Positions 29,500 to 40,235 are shown, counted from the first letter of the stretch. The stretch is 64,000 nucleotides of DNA from a virus (IMGVR_UViG_3300035698_026482:32001-96000); one strand, 5' to 3'. Notes: generated by a model not told the origin, from the letters alone. A program made the numbers and translations.

Positions 29500-29976
29500 T
29501 TAGAAACTGGACTCAATCCAGTCTTCAACAGCGTCTTGTGCGACACGGTGGCCGGCTTCGTCGTCATCCATTAAATCAAGCGCACCTGAATCAATCATCA
29601 TATCAACGATTCGCGCAGGATTATCAAGTAACCCTTCATCTTCCAGATCATTTATAGTGAAATCCTCTCGATCAAGCCACAAAAATACCTGTTCGCCAAT
29701 TTGATCTGCGCTAGCACCAGATTCAGGCGCGCCCGAAGGCTCTGTAGCGTTGTCCATTTCACTTTGCATTGCTTCCAATGACGCGGCTAGGTCACCAAAT
29801 TTGCTTGCATATGGGTCACCACCTAAAAATGATACAGCGTCCCAGAGCTTATCGATTGCGTCAAGTAAACTTTCAGACGCAGCCACACGATCAGTACCAC
29901 CCTCAAGCGGTCCTTCAGAAATTTTTTCAAAAACCTCACGAAGAAGCCTTTGTTTTTGATGTTGTTGTAACTTCAT
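29500..29976 (-). CDS. IIREE-like leader acidic protein
   Basis: MKLQQHQKQRLLREVFEKISE. Confidence 0.7.
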   Translation of the reverse strand: MKLQQHQKQRLLREVFEKISEGPLEGGTDRVAASESLLDAIDKLWDAVSFLGGDPYASKFGDLAASLEAMQSEMDNATEPSGAPESGASADQIGEQVFLWLDREDFTINDLEDEGLLDNPARIVDMMIDSGALDLMDDDEAGHRVAQDAVEDWIESSF

Positions 29977-30278
29977 ACTGTTCCGCCCTTCATCTTAGTA
30001 GTAGTATACAAAGCCTGCGAAATTCTTGCAATGTCATCTGATAACTGTTGTATACGCTTTTTAACGTTGTATGGGATTCTATTCGCTAGCGGTTCGTGGC
30101 CAGCATTAAGCGTATGGCTTAAATCAACTGAAATCGTATCAAGCTCACCAGCTAACGCGAGAAGCTTATTACCAATATTTTCATAACCTTCCGTTAATGA
30201 CGGAACATTCCGTTCATGGACAGCTTCTGCAATCGTGCTTCTAATGATGCTACGCAATCTTTCTTTAGTAATCTTCAC
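29973..30278 (-). CDS. IIREE-like leader protein
   Basis: MKITKERLRSIIRSTIAE. Confidence 0.7.
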   Translation of the reverse strand: MKITKERLRSIIRSTIAEAVHERNVPSLTEGYENIGNKLLALAGELDTISVDLSHTLNAGHEPLANRIPYNVKKRIQQLSDDIARISQALYTTTKMKGGTV

Positions 30279-30331
30279 GTTGTCTCCTAACGCCTTTTTA
30301 TGTTTACCCTATGTTTCCCAATTGGGTGGGA

Positions 30332-30367
30332 CAAAAGCCCTCACGAAGTCATGTGAGATTCGTGAGG
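30332..30367 (-). terminator. possible terminator after second sheath gene
   Basis: 9-bp inverted repeat CCTCACGAA / TTCGTGAGG (30339-30367), followed on the minus strand by a short CTTTTG. Confidence 0.35.
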
Positions 30368-30376
30368 ACGTGTGAC

Positions 30377-33364
30377 CTAGCTTAATCCGCCCTGGTTGGT
30401 AATTACGAAATCGAGATCAATGAATTCTGCGACCTTCGTAGGCTTGAGGAAGATTTTTCCTCTAATCGTATTATTTTCAATGTCTGCTTGACTGGTTGTC
30501 GTTGCGTCGATAATCACGCGGAATCCGTCGAGACCCTGTTGTTCTTGAACGCGTTGCAGAATTGGGTTTACCAACGCAGAGAATCGACGAAGCGTTTCTT
30601 CACGATTTGGCTCGAATAGGATGCTATTTGAAACTGTGCGCACTTCACGGCGAATTTCAATAAGCAAGCGGCGAACATTGATTCGATCAAGTGAGCTTTG
30701 CGCACGCTTGAGCGTCTTTTGTCCCCATGTTACAATGCCTTCCGATCCTGGAAAGCTAACGATTGGGTTAATATCAACGTCATATAGATCGTCCATATTC
30801 GCACGTGAAAGCTTGACTGCTGTATCAACAGTAGTTTCAAGCACGCCACGTTTATAACCGGCAGGTGCAAACCATGGACGGGCCACGGAGTCGTTCAATG
30901 ACATGGCACCAAGTGCAACAACCGAAGGTGGTACACGGGTCTCTAGACCATTGAATGGATCGATCATTACAACGTCCGGGTAGTACGCGGCTGCAAAGCT
31001 CGAATCAAGTGCGCGAGCCGAGAAAGCATTTGCTGTATTACCAACAGATTGTGGCTGATCAGCCGAGCTCGTGACAACATTGTTGAGGGAATCTCTTTCC
31101 TCAATATCCATGATTGCCAATGCATCAAATCGTGTTTCTGTCGTATTGATCAATTGATCAGTGATGATTTCATGACGCATACCTGGGATTGCAAGAAGCT
31201 TAACATCAACTTCTGTCGTATTACCCATCAGATCAAGGGCCTTAGTATATGCCTTAACAGTTGGGCCTTCGTTCTGGCCGCGGGCAACATATGTCATCTC
31301 CTCATTAACGGCCTTGTCATTCATTGCGGTGGCGTCAGTATCAAAGATATTAACACCATCATATCCGCCTTGAAGAAAGAATGAGAACTTGACAACATTC
31401 TTAACTGCTAGCGAAGCAAGGTCTGTATCTGCTACAAGCGCCCTTGTTTTATTTGCTGCGTTGCTAACAATGCCACCTGCACGTTGATAAGTCCAATCCG
31501 CAAGATACTTTGTTGATGCGAGACCGTCTGTACCTGTAACAACCTGAATGTTTTCAAGCGAAAAGAGATTGTTGTTATACCTGTCTGCGTCGATAATTCC
31601 GTTTGCGGCTGTATCTAGTGCACCCTCGTTATCGCCAACAAGGAAATTCTGCCATGACGCTTGAAAGTCAGGATAGTATTGCGTGTATGTTCCAACTGTT
31701 GGTTCACTTCGCTTGCCAAGATTTGGTTCTGCTGTCGAAATTTGTGCCTCGAAATGTACGCCCCAATAGAAATCTTTATTGGAGTCTTTCTTTTGTCCCG
31801 TTCCAACCGCAATTGTACGTCTATACGGTACTGGAGGCTCTGCGATAGCGTTCAATACACCTGATGTTGCGGCAAGCGAATCTGCATCATTTGCAGACGT
31901 TGCAAGTGGTGCAGACCCAGATAGTGAAAGGTGGCGAGGGCCGCGAAATCCAATTGGAAGCGCGGTTGCATCAATTTCCTTATCATCGACTTCACTTGTA
32001 ACCTCAACACGAATTAGGTTCGAGCGATTCTCAAAGTTACCGTCGACTCTAATCTTTTGACTAGCGACATTTTTGTCAAAGTCAAAGTAGATATTCATGT
32101 CACCAATTGCACGAGCAATATAACGAGCATCACCAGGATCAAGACTAAGTCCTGCAAATCGTTCTAGGACGATTTTGTCTTCGTCGGTATCATTCCAATC
32201 ACGAACAAGAAGGTCAAAGCGCCCATAGCGATTTGTACTAATATTGGATTTTGCAATTGACTCGATAGAAATCTTCAATCGCCTATTCGAAAACGCGCCG
32301 TCAGACAACGCATGAATCTTGAATAGATTCTTGTGACTGCCACCAAACTTTTGCGAAATAACATATGTTGAAGAAGGTGTTCGGAACCTATCTTCGAAGT
32401 TCTCGAAGCTAGGCGCAGTCGCTGATCCTACGTTGCGATCAAGCGCACCAGTTGTTAAGAATGCGACGGGTTGTGAATCACCAGCAACTGCATCTGTAAT
32501 AACGTTAGTGCCCGTAACAACTGCCCATTGTGAATGAATATCGTAGCGAGCGTATAGAAAGTGACCAGCTTCCTGTATCTTCGTTGGATCACGATTAAGA
32601 ACATTTGCAAAATAATTTGCTGCGGTCGGATCAAATGATGCTGTAATTGCGCGAGGATAGCTGGCATCAGTTCCCTTATGCCCGTTTAGCAACATAACGA
32701 ATTCTTCTTTAGCAACGCTATTATTAAGAAGAGTAACTGATCCTGTGATACCTCCGGCGAGACCTGCATTCGCAACAAGGCCAGTCGCAGGTGTCGCTTC
32801 ATTTGCTGCTGCAAGCATTGGCACAACCCCTGAAGCGGCCATGATGACACCCCTTAGTGTAGGTGTAGCAGTAGAAACTGCTTGACGCCCTGCTTCGCTA
32901 AAGATTGTCGAGCCAGCAGACTCTGACATGTAAGCGCCTAAAAAGTGCACACGTCCTAGTGGACCACCTGCATTTGCGTACGGATTACCACCAGGCGAGC
33001 CATCTGCATCTGGCAATTCAGCACCGACAACGTATCCCGCAGATGCTACGCGTCCTGCGTTGTCACCTGACGTCTCGCGTTTAAGACCCGTGCCGACGCC
33101 TAGAACACGCAGGAACGTAGCAGCCTGTGCATTTCTTAGCCATTCGGCAACCGCAATCGGTCCAAATAGACCGGCATTTCCTACGTCACCGTACTGAACC
33201 TTGAAATCATCAAGTGATGCAAATGTTAGCGGAACGAATGCTTTACCCTGTTGGGCTGTACCTACCACTCCGGCGGGTACGCCAACGGGTACTACATTTC
33301 CTGGTCCTGTAAGGTCTGACTCGGTTAGACCGACTCCTGCGCTTTTGAAGGTTAGTTGAACCAT
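30377..33364 (-). CDS. gp18: tail sheath protein, copy 2 (T4 gp18-like)
   Basis: FKSAGV..TESDLT, VVGTAQQGKAFVP, VPPSVVALGA, WFAPAGYKRG, INPI, WGQKTL, RINVRRLL, AEFIDLDF. Confidence 0.9.
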   Translation of the reverse strand: MVQLTFKSAGVGLTESDLTGPGNVVPVGVPAGVVGTAQQGKAFVPLTFASLDDFKVQYGDVGNAGLFGPIAVAEWLRNAQAATFLRVLGVGTGLKRETSGDNAGRVASAGYVVGAELPDADGSPGGNPYANAGGPLGRVHFLGAYMSESAGSTIFSEAGRQAVSTATPTLRGVIMAASGVVPMLAAANEATPATGLVANAGLAGGITGSVTLLNNSVAKEEFVMLLNGHKGTDASYPRAITASFDPTAANYFANVLNRDPTKIQEAGHFLYARYDIHSQWAVVTGTNVITDAVAGDSQPVAFLTTGALDRNVGSATAPSFENFEDRFRTPSSTYVISQKFGGSHKNLFKIHALSDGAFSNRRLKISIESIAKSNISTNRYGRFDLLVRDWNDTDEDKIVLERFAGLSLDPGDARYIARAIGDMNIYFDFDKNVASQKIRVDGNFENRSNLIRVEVTSEVDDKEIDATALPIGFRGPRHLSLSGSAPLATSANDADSLAATSGVLNAIAEPPVPYRRTIAVGTGQKKDSNKDFYWGVHFEAQISTAEPNLGKRSEPTVGTYTQYYPDFQASWQNFLVGDNEGALDTAANGIIDADRYNNNLFSLENIQVVTGTDGLASTKYLADWTYQRAGGIVSNAANKTRALVADTDLASLAVKNVVKFSFFLQGGYDGVNIFDTDATAMNDKAVNEEMTYVARGQNEGPTVKAYTKALDLMGNTTEVDVKLLAIPGMRHEIITDQLINTTETRFDALAIMDIEERDSLNNVVTSSADQPQSVGNTANAFSARALDSSFAAAYYPDVVMIDPFNGLETRVPPSVVALGAMSLNDSVARPWFAPAGYKRGVLETTVDTAVKLSRANMDDLYDVDINPIVSFPGSEGIVTWGQKTLKRAQSSLDRINVRRLLIEIRREVRTVSNSILFEPNREETLRRFSALVNPILQRVQEQQGLDGFRVIIDATTTSQADIENNTIRGKIFLKPTKVAEFIDLDFVITNQGGLS

Positions 33365-33412
33365 CTTTTAATATCCTCTCTGTAGTCGCCTATAAACTGT
33401 CTGTACATATGC

Positions 33413-36400
33413 TTATTGTACAAACTGAACTCCTGATGGCGTTACGATGAAATCGATTGCGATAAATTCAACAGCTCTTGTTGGAATCACTATGATTTTA
33501 CCGTTCATCTTATTGGCGTCGATATCCGCCTGAGTGTTGTTGGATTCATCCATGACGACCTTGAATCCCTCAATACCTTGTTGTGCCTGTACCAATCCGA
33601 GCAAGGGTGTGACTTGCGTGACAAATTTTGCACGAGTCTCCACATTATTTTGTTCGAATACGATTCGTCGAGCAATATCCAAAATCAAACGCTTAAGTTC
33701 AAGCATTAGACGACGAACGTTAACACGATCACGAGCCGATTTTGCAAACTGCAGAGTTTTCTGGCCGAAGATTGCAATACCCTCACGTGGGAAGCGCGCA
33801 ACTGGGTTGATGCGTGCCTCATAAAGAATGTCTCTGTCGCCACTATCTAGACGAACATCCAGACCCTTGACAAATTCAAGTGCGCCTCTGTTAAATCCAG
33901 CTGGTGCAAACCATGGATATGCAACGTTGTCATTAAATGATAGTGCTGCAAGGGCCGCAACCGATGACGGAACCTTAACGCGGCGATTATTCGTCACATC
34001 ATCAATCTTCACATCTGGGAAGTATGTTGCAACGTAATTGTTATCAATTGCACGTGACGCAAAATTGTCTGTGGTCTTACGAACATCTGGTTTCGCGGCG
34101 CTGTCTTCGAACAGGCGATTTCCGCTGTCATCGTATTGAACCATATCCATCACGTACATTGCAAGGCCGTAGTCACGCGTGCGTTGTGATGCGAAGTCGG
34201 TGATGAACGAGTCTCTAATACCTGGGATTGCAAGGATATTCGTATTGACTGTCAACTCATCAGTCATGATGCGCGTTGCCGTGCGATAACTGAAGATTGC
34301 GTTATTTGTTCTTCCCGTACCTGCTGGATTAACAGCTAATGACGTTGGGATGAATCCCGTGGCCGCACCGCCGTCTGTATCGGTGGATGCTGCCTTATCA
34401 TTTAGACGATTTGCATCGCTGTCCAAGATGTTAACGCCATCGAATCCGCCTGCCATTGGTGCAGTGAACTTCGTGAAATCAACGAACCTGTTGAATTCAA
34501 CCGAGCTTGTTAGCGATACAAGCGACGCGAACGTTAATCGATTTGTAATTGTCCCATCGGTTACAGTATATGAGGTGCCGTCTGGATTACCGTTTCTGAT
34601 ATATGCCGTTTCAAGCATGTGGGCAGACGGTGAACCAGTTAGGTGACTTATCGAAGTATTTGATAGCGCCACGCGTGCTAGCGTGAACTTGTTATCGTTT
34701 TGATCATCAGCCTGTGATCCCGTAACAGTAACATCAAGTTTTTCAAGACCTTGTAACTTACTGTATGCAATTGCAAGAGCATTTTTCTCTTGTACGCTAT
34801 TCGGATTAAGCGCATTATTATTACGCTCAAGCTTGGCGCCCCAGTAAAGGCGACCATCAACCAACTCCGTTACGCCAGGTGAACCTGCGAACACAGAAGA
34901 ATCAGCTGTACCCTTAGTGACCTTGAATCTGTATGGGAGAGGAGGAACAATTGCGCCAGACAGTGCCGCAGCTGCGCCTAATCCACCACCATTAAATGCA
35001 AGGCGCTCTGTACCGCCGACCTCATCTAATCCTGTGTCATTGGTTTTCAATGCAGCAGGACCGCGGAAGCCGAACGGAAGAATTGATTCAGGAAGCAAGA
35101 GCTTGTCAATACTCGAATTGAGCACGACGCGAACAATGTTTGATTTGTTGGCGAATTTACCATCAATCAAGAGGCGTCGCTCTTGATCATCATCTGCATC
35201 GAAATCATAGCGAACCCTCTTATCACCAATCATTTTGGCAATAAAGTTGTCAGCCTTTGGATTGAGCGTTACCTCTGGGAATTGCTCAAGGATTTCTGGA
35301 TTTTGATCCGTATCACCCCAAGCACGAATTTGAACAGAGAATGTTCCCCAGCTAGACTTAGGATCATCTGATTTACGAACTTGCGCTATCGAAACCTTAA
35401 ACTTGTTATTAGCGTAAGCGCCATCGTCAAGTGACTCGAAGTAAAACAGGTTATGTTCGGTTGTGCCATATGGCTGCGAGATGAACCATGGTGTACGAGG
35501 TGTGGTGTATCTCGTATCAAAATGACCGAATGCGTCTCGGAATGACATCGCTGTGTCACCAGACGTTTGTGATGTTGCCGCCGAACCAGACGCAATTGCA
35601 ATCGCTGCAGGACCAGCAACGACAGATGCAAGTTCATCATCAACGGCAAAATCAAGATAAAGCAAATGCTTTTCTGCGCCAAATCGCTCAGGATCTGTAT
35701 TAAGGATCTTTGAGATATAGTTCGGATTATCTGGATTAAGAGATGCAGACAAGGCGCGAAGACCGCCAAAGCCGTCAGACGTATCATACGTTGCATCGGA
35801 TGATGAAATGATTAGCTTGAATGTGCCAGCTGCATCACTTGTACCCAGTGCTGCAACGTCGTCCTCAGTTTCAAGTGCTGCCACAACGGCGCTGTCACCA
35901 TCAATAATATAAATTCGAGTGTCGTCGGCTGTAAAAATAGCAGCGCGAACAAGCTTGATATCCGAACCTGATCCTAGAGACGTCCCGTAACTGTCATTGT
36001 CGGAAAACATTGGCATTCCGAGCAACTCGTTTGAGCGCAAATCATGTGTTGCCAATAGAAATTGAACGGAGCCAAGATGACCGGCGCCCAGCGTTGCAAC
36101 AGTACCTGTAACAACAAAACCAGCATTGTTGACTTGACCCGTGAGTCGCGTCTTTTCAATGTGATCAAGTGTATCATTAGCGCCTGCGCCCAATACACGC
36201 ATGTAAGTTACGGCGTTCCTATTTTTAAGGAACTCACTTACTGCATATGGGCCGGCCTTATTAGGATCTAGGTCTCCAAACTTTGTACGAAAGTCTGGAA
36301 ATGAGCCAACTGTTACTGGCACGAACGCAGGGCCCTTTTGGGCTGTACCAATAATGCCGGCAGGCGTCCCAATCGGGGCCTGTACTCTTGCGGTCAGGTC

Positions 36401-36451
36401 GATTTCGCGCTCGAAAAATCCTGGTGATCTGAAAGTAAACTCTCTTGCCAT
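33413..36451 (-). CDS. gp18: tail sheath protein, copy 1 (T4 gp18-like)
   Basis: FRSPGFFEREIDLT, IIGTAQKGPAFVP, WFAPAGFNRG, INPV, FGQKTL, RVNVRRL, AVEFIAIDF. Confidence 0.9.
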   Translation of the reverse strand: MAREFTFRSPGFFEREIDLTARVQAPIGTPAGIIGTAQKGPAFVPVTVGSFPDFRTKFGDLDPNKAGPYAVSEFLKNRNAVTYMRVLGAGANDTLDHIEKTRLTGQVNNAGFVVTGTVATLGAGHLGSVQFLLATHDLRSNELLGMPMFSDNDSYGTSLGSGSDIKLVRAAIFTADDTRIYIIDGDSAVVAALETEDDVAALGTSDAAGTFKLIISSSDATYDTSDGFGGLRALSASLNPDNPNYISKILNTDPERFGAEKHLLYLDFAVDDELASVVAGPAAIAIASGSAATSQTSGDTAMSFRDAFGHFDTRYTTPRTPWFISQPYGTTEHNLFYFESLDDGAYANNKFKVSIAQVRKSDDPKSSWGTFSVQIRAWGDTDQNPEILEQFPEVTLNPKADNFIAKMIGDKRVRYDFDADDDQERRLLIDGKFANKSNIVRVVLNSSIDKLLLPESILPFGFRGPAALKTNDTGLDEVGGTERLAFNGGGLGAAAALSGAIVPPLPYRFKVTKGTADSSVFAGSPGVTELVDGRLYWGAKLERNNNALNPNSVQEKNALAIAYSKLQGLEKLDVTVTGSQADDQNDNKFTLARVALSNTSISHLTGSPSAHMLETAYIRNGNPDGTSYTVTDGTITNRLTFASLVSLTSSVEFNRFVDFTKFTAPMAGGFDGVNILDSDANRLNDKAASTDTDGGAATGFIPTSLAVNPAGTGRTNNAIFSYRTATRIMTDELTVNTNILAIPGIRDSFITDFASQRTRDYGLAMYVMDMVQYDDSGNRLFEDSAAKPDVRKTTDNFASRAIDNNYVATYFPDVKIDDVTNNRRVKVPSSVAALAALSFNDNVAYPWFAPAGFNRGALEFVKGLDVRLDSGDRDILYEARINPVARFPREGIAIFGQKTLQFAKSARDRVNVRRLMLELKRLILDIARRIVFEQNNVETRAKFVTQVTPLLGLVQAQQGIEGFKVVMDESNNTQADIDANKMNGKIIVIPTRAVEFIAIDFIVTPSGVQFVQ

Positions 36452-36533
36452 CTGGCGATACTCCTTTAGCTTCTCAAGGGAACTACGACATTAAATATGA
36501 GTCCTGTAACCCAAAAGCTACGATCTTGATCTT

Positions 36534-37784
36534 TCAAGGTTTCGTAATTCTCCCCAGGGTTAGTGCCTCAGTCGTTTTGCCAACCCTTTCACCCTTTTTA
36601 GAAACGCAAACAATTCGCGAAAACCTAGGGTCCCCTTCTTTGTGGGAGGCAAATGGATTAAATACGTATTGTTTTGTAACTAGGCCGTCGCCAACGCGAC
36701 CAGACTCAATTCTTCCATCAATACCAACATTTTCAACGTCACTTAATATCAAAGTCGGATCATCAGATCCGATAAGCGGCATTCGTCTTATAAATGATTC
36801 TACTAACGCGTCTGTTTCACAAACCTCAAAATCGATCTTTGGCGCTGACACGTAACTTCTTATTGAGCTTGCTTCGCCAGCGCCCATCGATGCGAGCGTC
36901 CATGCAGGAACCTTTACGGTTATTGTCGACTTGATCAATCGTTGCTGGTTAGTATAATCTTCAAAATTATCACCCGTATTCCAGGTGTCATCAAAATATG
37001 CAACGTACCAGTAGCCCTTGGTCGTTTCAATACGTGCTGACGGTATCTGACCAATTTCATACGCACTTAAAACGCGCTCGATAATTTGGTTCATTTCTTG
37101 AACATAATTTGTCCAGACAGTAATTTGGTAATTTATTGTGAAAAAATCAGGCGCTGGAATAACAATCGTCTCAACGATGTTATCGCCAATTGGGTTATCA
37201 AGCGCAGTTTGTAGTGGTTGTCCGCCCTTATCCCTACGCGATGCGACCTTGCCCTCTTTCGCCAAAGAGCCCGGCGTAGTTAAATCTTGAAGATTTTCTG
37301 ACGACGCTACATTATCTTGATTCTTTAAATTGAATCTGTTTCGTAACTGCTGATAACGGCGATCGCCCTTATGCAAGCGACGCCTAATAATAATTTCACC
37401 AGGATCAACGCCAAAAGCCAAATTAGGCTCAGAGTTTGACGTGATTTGCATTCGCTTAATTGCAATTACAGGTACAATTATAGCCCCGCGCCTATCACGA
37501 ATGGGACGACCAGATTTGGATAATGCAAACCTTTCACCACCAGCAAAAATTGTCGGTACTAACTTAATGTTATTTTGCATTTGAACCTGTAGGTTCAATG
37601 ACTTATCGAAAAAGTTAAATAACGCTTTATCAACGTCCTCAATCGTCGCCGGTGGAATATTGAAGTCATCAGGTATATTATTACCGCTATGTCCCTGCGA
37701 CACGAATGGAACACCCGTCTGTTGTTCAACAAGCGACTCACGCCTATTTGACGTGCCAATCGGTAATTTGCCATCAGTACTCAT
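36534..37784 (-). CDS. tail terminator / sheath stabiliser (T4 gp15-like)
   Basis: FAGGERF, PVIAIKR, P.FFTINYQITVWTNYVQEMNQIIE; sits between neck and sheath genes. Confidence 0.65.
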   Translation of the reverse strand: MSTDGKLPIGTSNRRESLVEQQTGVPFVSQGHSGNNIPDDFNIPPATIEDVDKALFNFFDKSLNLQVQMQNNIKLVPTIFAGGERFALSKSGRPIRDRRGAIIVPVIAIKRMQITSNSEPNLAFGVDPGEIIIRRRLHKGDRRYQQLRNRFNLKNQDNVASSENLQDLTTPGSLAKEGKVASRRDKGGQPLQTALDNPIGDNIVETIVIPAPDFFTINYQITVWTNYVQEMNQIIERVLSAYEIGQIPSARIETTKGYWYVAYFDDTWNTGDNFEDYTNQQRLIKSTITVKVPAWTLASMGAGEASSIRSYVSAPKIDFEVCETDALVESFIRRMPLIGSDDPTLILSDVENVGIDGRIESGRVGDGLVTKQYVFNPFASHKEGDPRFSRIVCVSKKGERVGKTTEALTLGRITKP

Positions 37785-37789
37785 TATTA

Positions 37790-38452
37790 TTACTCATCGT
37801 AAAAAGAGCTATCATCATCACGTGAACCAGCCCTTTTAGAAACTTCACGTGTGCCTTCGAGGGGTTCTTCTAAAACGCCCTTGCGAATCAAGTCACGAGT
37901 ATCGCCTGTTTCGCCTTCTTCATTTACAGCGAATCCACGCTGCTGATGAAATGTTTTTTGTGTGGCGTCTTCGTCTGAGAAGCCTTCCCATGTTGGTCCC
38001 AGAATTCTCGCTAGAAATTGATCTTGACGTGCTTGAACACAAGAAAGCTTCACACCCATCTCATATTCAATTTGCCCAAAAACTGTATCGGCGCCGACAA
38101 TGCCTGTAACTTCATAAAAGCTGTCGCCGTAACTAATAAAATCGCCCATTGCGACATTGATTTTCCTGTGAATCAAGTCTCGCGTGTGCAAATAAACTTC
38201 TAACTGTCGAATTGCGTCGTGACCGTGCACACCGGTCTGTAACTCTGATTGGTTCCATTTAACCAATGCTGCAACCTCGATTGGATGATCGAACATCTTC
38301 TGTGGTGCCTCTTGATATAAATCATGAACAAGTGTGCGTGCATAATCAATAGGATAGTAATAGACCTTTTGGCCGATTACATCTTTCATGATTTCGCGGG
38401 CTACGTCATTGAAAAAATCGAGCTCTCTCGACCCAACGAATAATCTAGGCAT
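37790..38452 (-). CDS. neck protein (T4 gp14-like)
   Basis: Probable start MPRLFVGSRELDFF; GQKVYYYPI, DLYQEA, GDFISYG..FYEV. Confidence 0.65.
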   Translation of the reverse strand: MPRLFVGSRELDFFNDVAREIMKDVIGQKVYYYPIDYARTLVHDLYQEAPQKMFDHPIEVAALVKWNQSELQTGVHGHDAIRQLEVYLHTRDLIHRKINVAMGDFISYGDSFYEVTGIVGADTVFGQIEYEMGVKLSCVQARQDQFLARILGPTWEGFSDEDATQKTFHQQRGFAVNEEGETGDTRDLIRKGVLEEPLEGTREVSKRAGSRDDDSSFYDE

Positions 38453-39011
38453 CGTCTGACCAGCTCCAAGTATGTCCGTATGCCGTCTTAGCATTACCCA
38501 TGGCAACGTTGCTAATTTTGCTACCTTGGCCGTCGACGGCATTCGCAGCGTCAGTCAAGGACATATAGGTCGATAATTCGCCTGTTTTAATATTTTTGCC
38601 AACGACGGCCTTACGACCGCGCGTAATTCCATGCATGATGGGCGCGTCGGATTTTTTTGTTTCGTCTCTTTTTCGACCCGTTCCGCCAACGTCGCCGTTG
38701 TATCCTTTTTCATGCGCATTGAATGCGTGAATATGCTTGACCTCTAAAAGGTCAAGCTCTTCATTCGTGCCTAAATGCTGTTCGACAACTTTAAAATCAA
38801 AGTTGCTAAATCCATGTTCACGCATCGCTTCATAAAGCTTAGACTTTTTGCCAGTAACAGCAGCCTTGATGTGTTCACGCCAGCGCGATCCCACAGGACG
38901 TGATGATTTACCAACATAACATTTGCCATCTAATTGGTTTTCAATGCAGTAAATGTAACCATACTGCTGCTCGATAGCAGAACTTGACACACCATTAAGT
39001 ATTGTGGCCAA
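38445..39011 (-). mobile_element. GIY-YIG homing endonuclease with NUMOD1-like C-terminus
   Basis: GYIYCIEN..DGKCYVGKS, RWREH, LYEAMREHG..NF, KGYN; SLTDAA...KTAYGHTW. Confidence 0.85.
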
Positions 39012-39038
39012 TACAAGATAGTGGATTAAGAACCAACG

Positions 39039-40235
39039 TTATCCTGTAAAGATGGATCCACCAGGCATAGGAATCATGCGTAACATTTTTAGCATGTTTT
39101 CAGCCTTTGCGGCATCTTTCTCTAGCAGCTTATCGTAAGTCGTCTCTTCGAGCAATGATGTTAGACGCTCTTTGATGCGCTCTTGATCGTCGCGCGCCTC
39201 TGTTTTTAGTGCCTCACCGTTAAGCGTAACTTCAGCGCCTGGAATCGGAATTCGATCGGTCTTTGTTCTGATAATTCCTAACAGCTCTTTTGAATATGCC
39301 AACGACATCTCTCGAATGAACTGTTTTCCAATTTCGTTTATTGAAGTATATGGAATAATTCCATACGGGACATTAGAAATACTGCTTACAGCTTGGACCG
39401 ACGCATCAATATCACCACCGGCGCCCGAGCCAGTGCCGGCACCGCCGTCAGCCGTTGGACTTTGGGCAAATGCTACGCGAACGAATAAATTACCGGGTGG
39501 CGACTTAGTAGGCAACGGCATAACACGTATATGTCCGTTACCAAAGATTTGATAGCTGTAATGTGAACGACGTACCTTGAACGATGTCGCCATCTGCTGA
39601 GCGCGTAAAATATCTTCAAATACTGGTAGTACGTAAAAGATAGTCTCGGGTGTGAAGCTTTCGAAAGAAAACTCGTTGTTCAAATAGTTGACTGCCGATG
39701 TGGAATCGAAAAAACGATATGCTGTCGTGGGTGAAAAATGAAACACTTCCATCACACGAAGCCTTTGTTTCGTAGAGTCAGGCTGTGTATCATACACGAC
39801 GCTACCAGATGAATCCAGAAGGTCCGTATGCAGATTGTAATCCTGTACCCCTACAGTCAATGGAAGCTTCCCCAGAACCTGCGTATATGTTCCTCCGAGG
39901 TTCGCATGAACAGCATACGGTGCGGCCTGTCTAAGAACAAATTCAAGCGTATTACGCGGATACAGATTTGATACGTCGATGCTACCCGTTGCTGATCCCA
40001 AATAATTTGTGAGATGTGACTTTGCCTGATATTGGTTAATGATGCTACCCCATTCTGAGGTTGCACGCTCCATACACGTCCAAATTTCTTTTTTGGTTAG
40101 CTCAACCTGCAATACATCGTCGCCAAGCATTCGCTTAACAAAAACGACCATGCCATCCGCATCATTTATGAAACTTGTGTCGGAGTCGTATAAACCAAAC
40201 GCCGTCGGCTGAACCGTATTTGCGAAAGAAACCAT
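39039..40235 (-). CDS. neck protein (T4 gp13-like head-tail adaptor)
   Basis: RMLGDDVLQVELT, LAYSKELLGIIRTK..IPGAEVTLNGEALK. Confidence 0.75.
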   Translation of the reverse strand: MVSFANTVQPTAFGLYDSDTSFINDADGMVVFVKRMLGDDVLQVELTKKEIWTCMERATSEWGSIINQYQAKSHLTNYLGSATGSIDVSNLYPRNTLEFVLRQAAPYAVHANLGGTYTQVLGKLPLTVGVQDYNLHTDLLDSSGSVVYDTQPDSTKQRLRVMEVFHFSPTTAYRFFDSTSAVNYLNNEFSFESFTPETIFYVLPVFEDILRAQQMATSFKVRRSHYSYQIFGNGHIRVMPLPTKSPPGNLFVRVAFAQSPTADGGAGTGSGAGGDIDASVQAVSSISNVPYGIIPYTSINEIGKQFIREMSLAYSKELLGIIRTKTDRIPIPGAEVTLNGEALKTEARDDQERIKERLTSLLEETTYDKLLEKDAAKAENMLKMLRMIPMPGGSIFTG

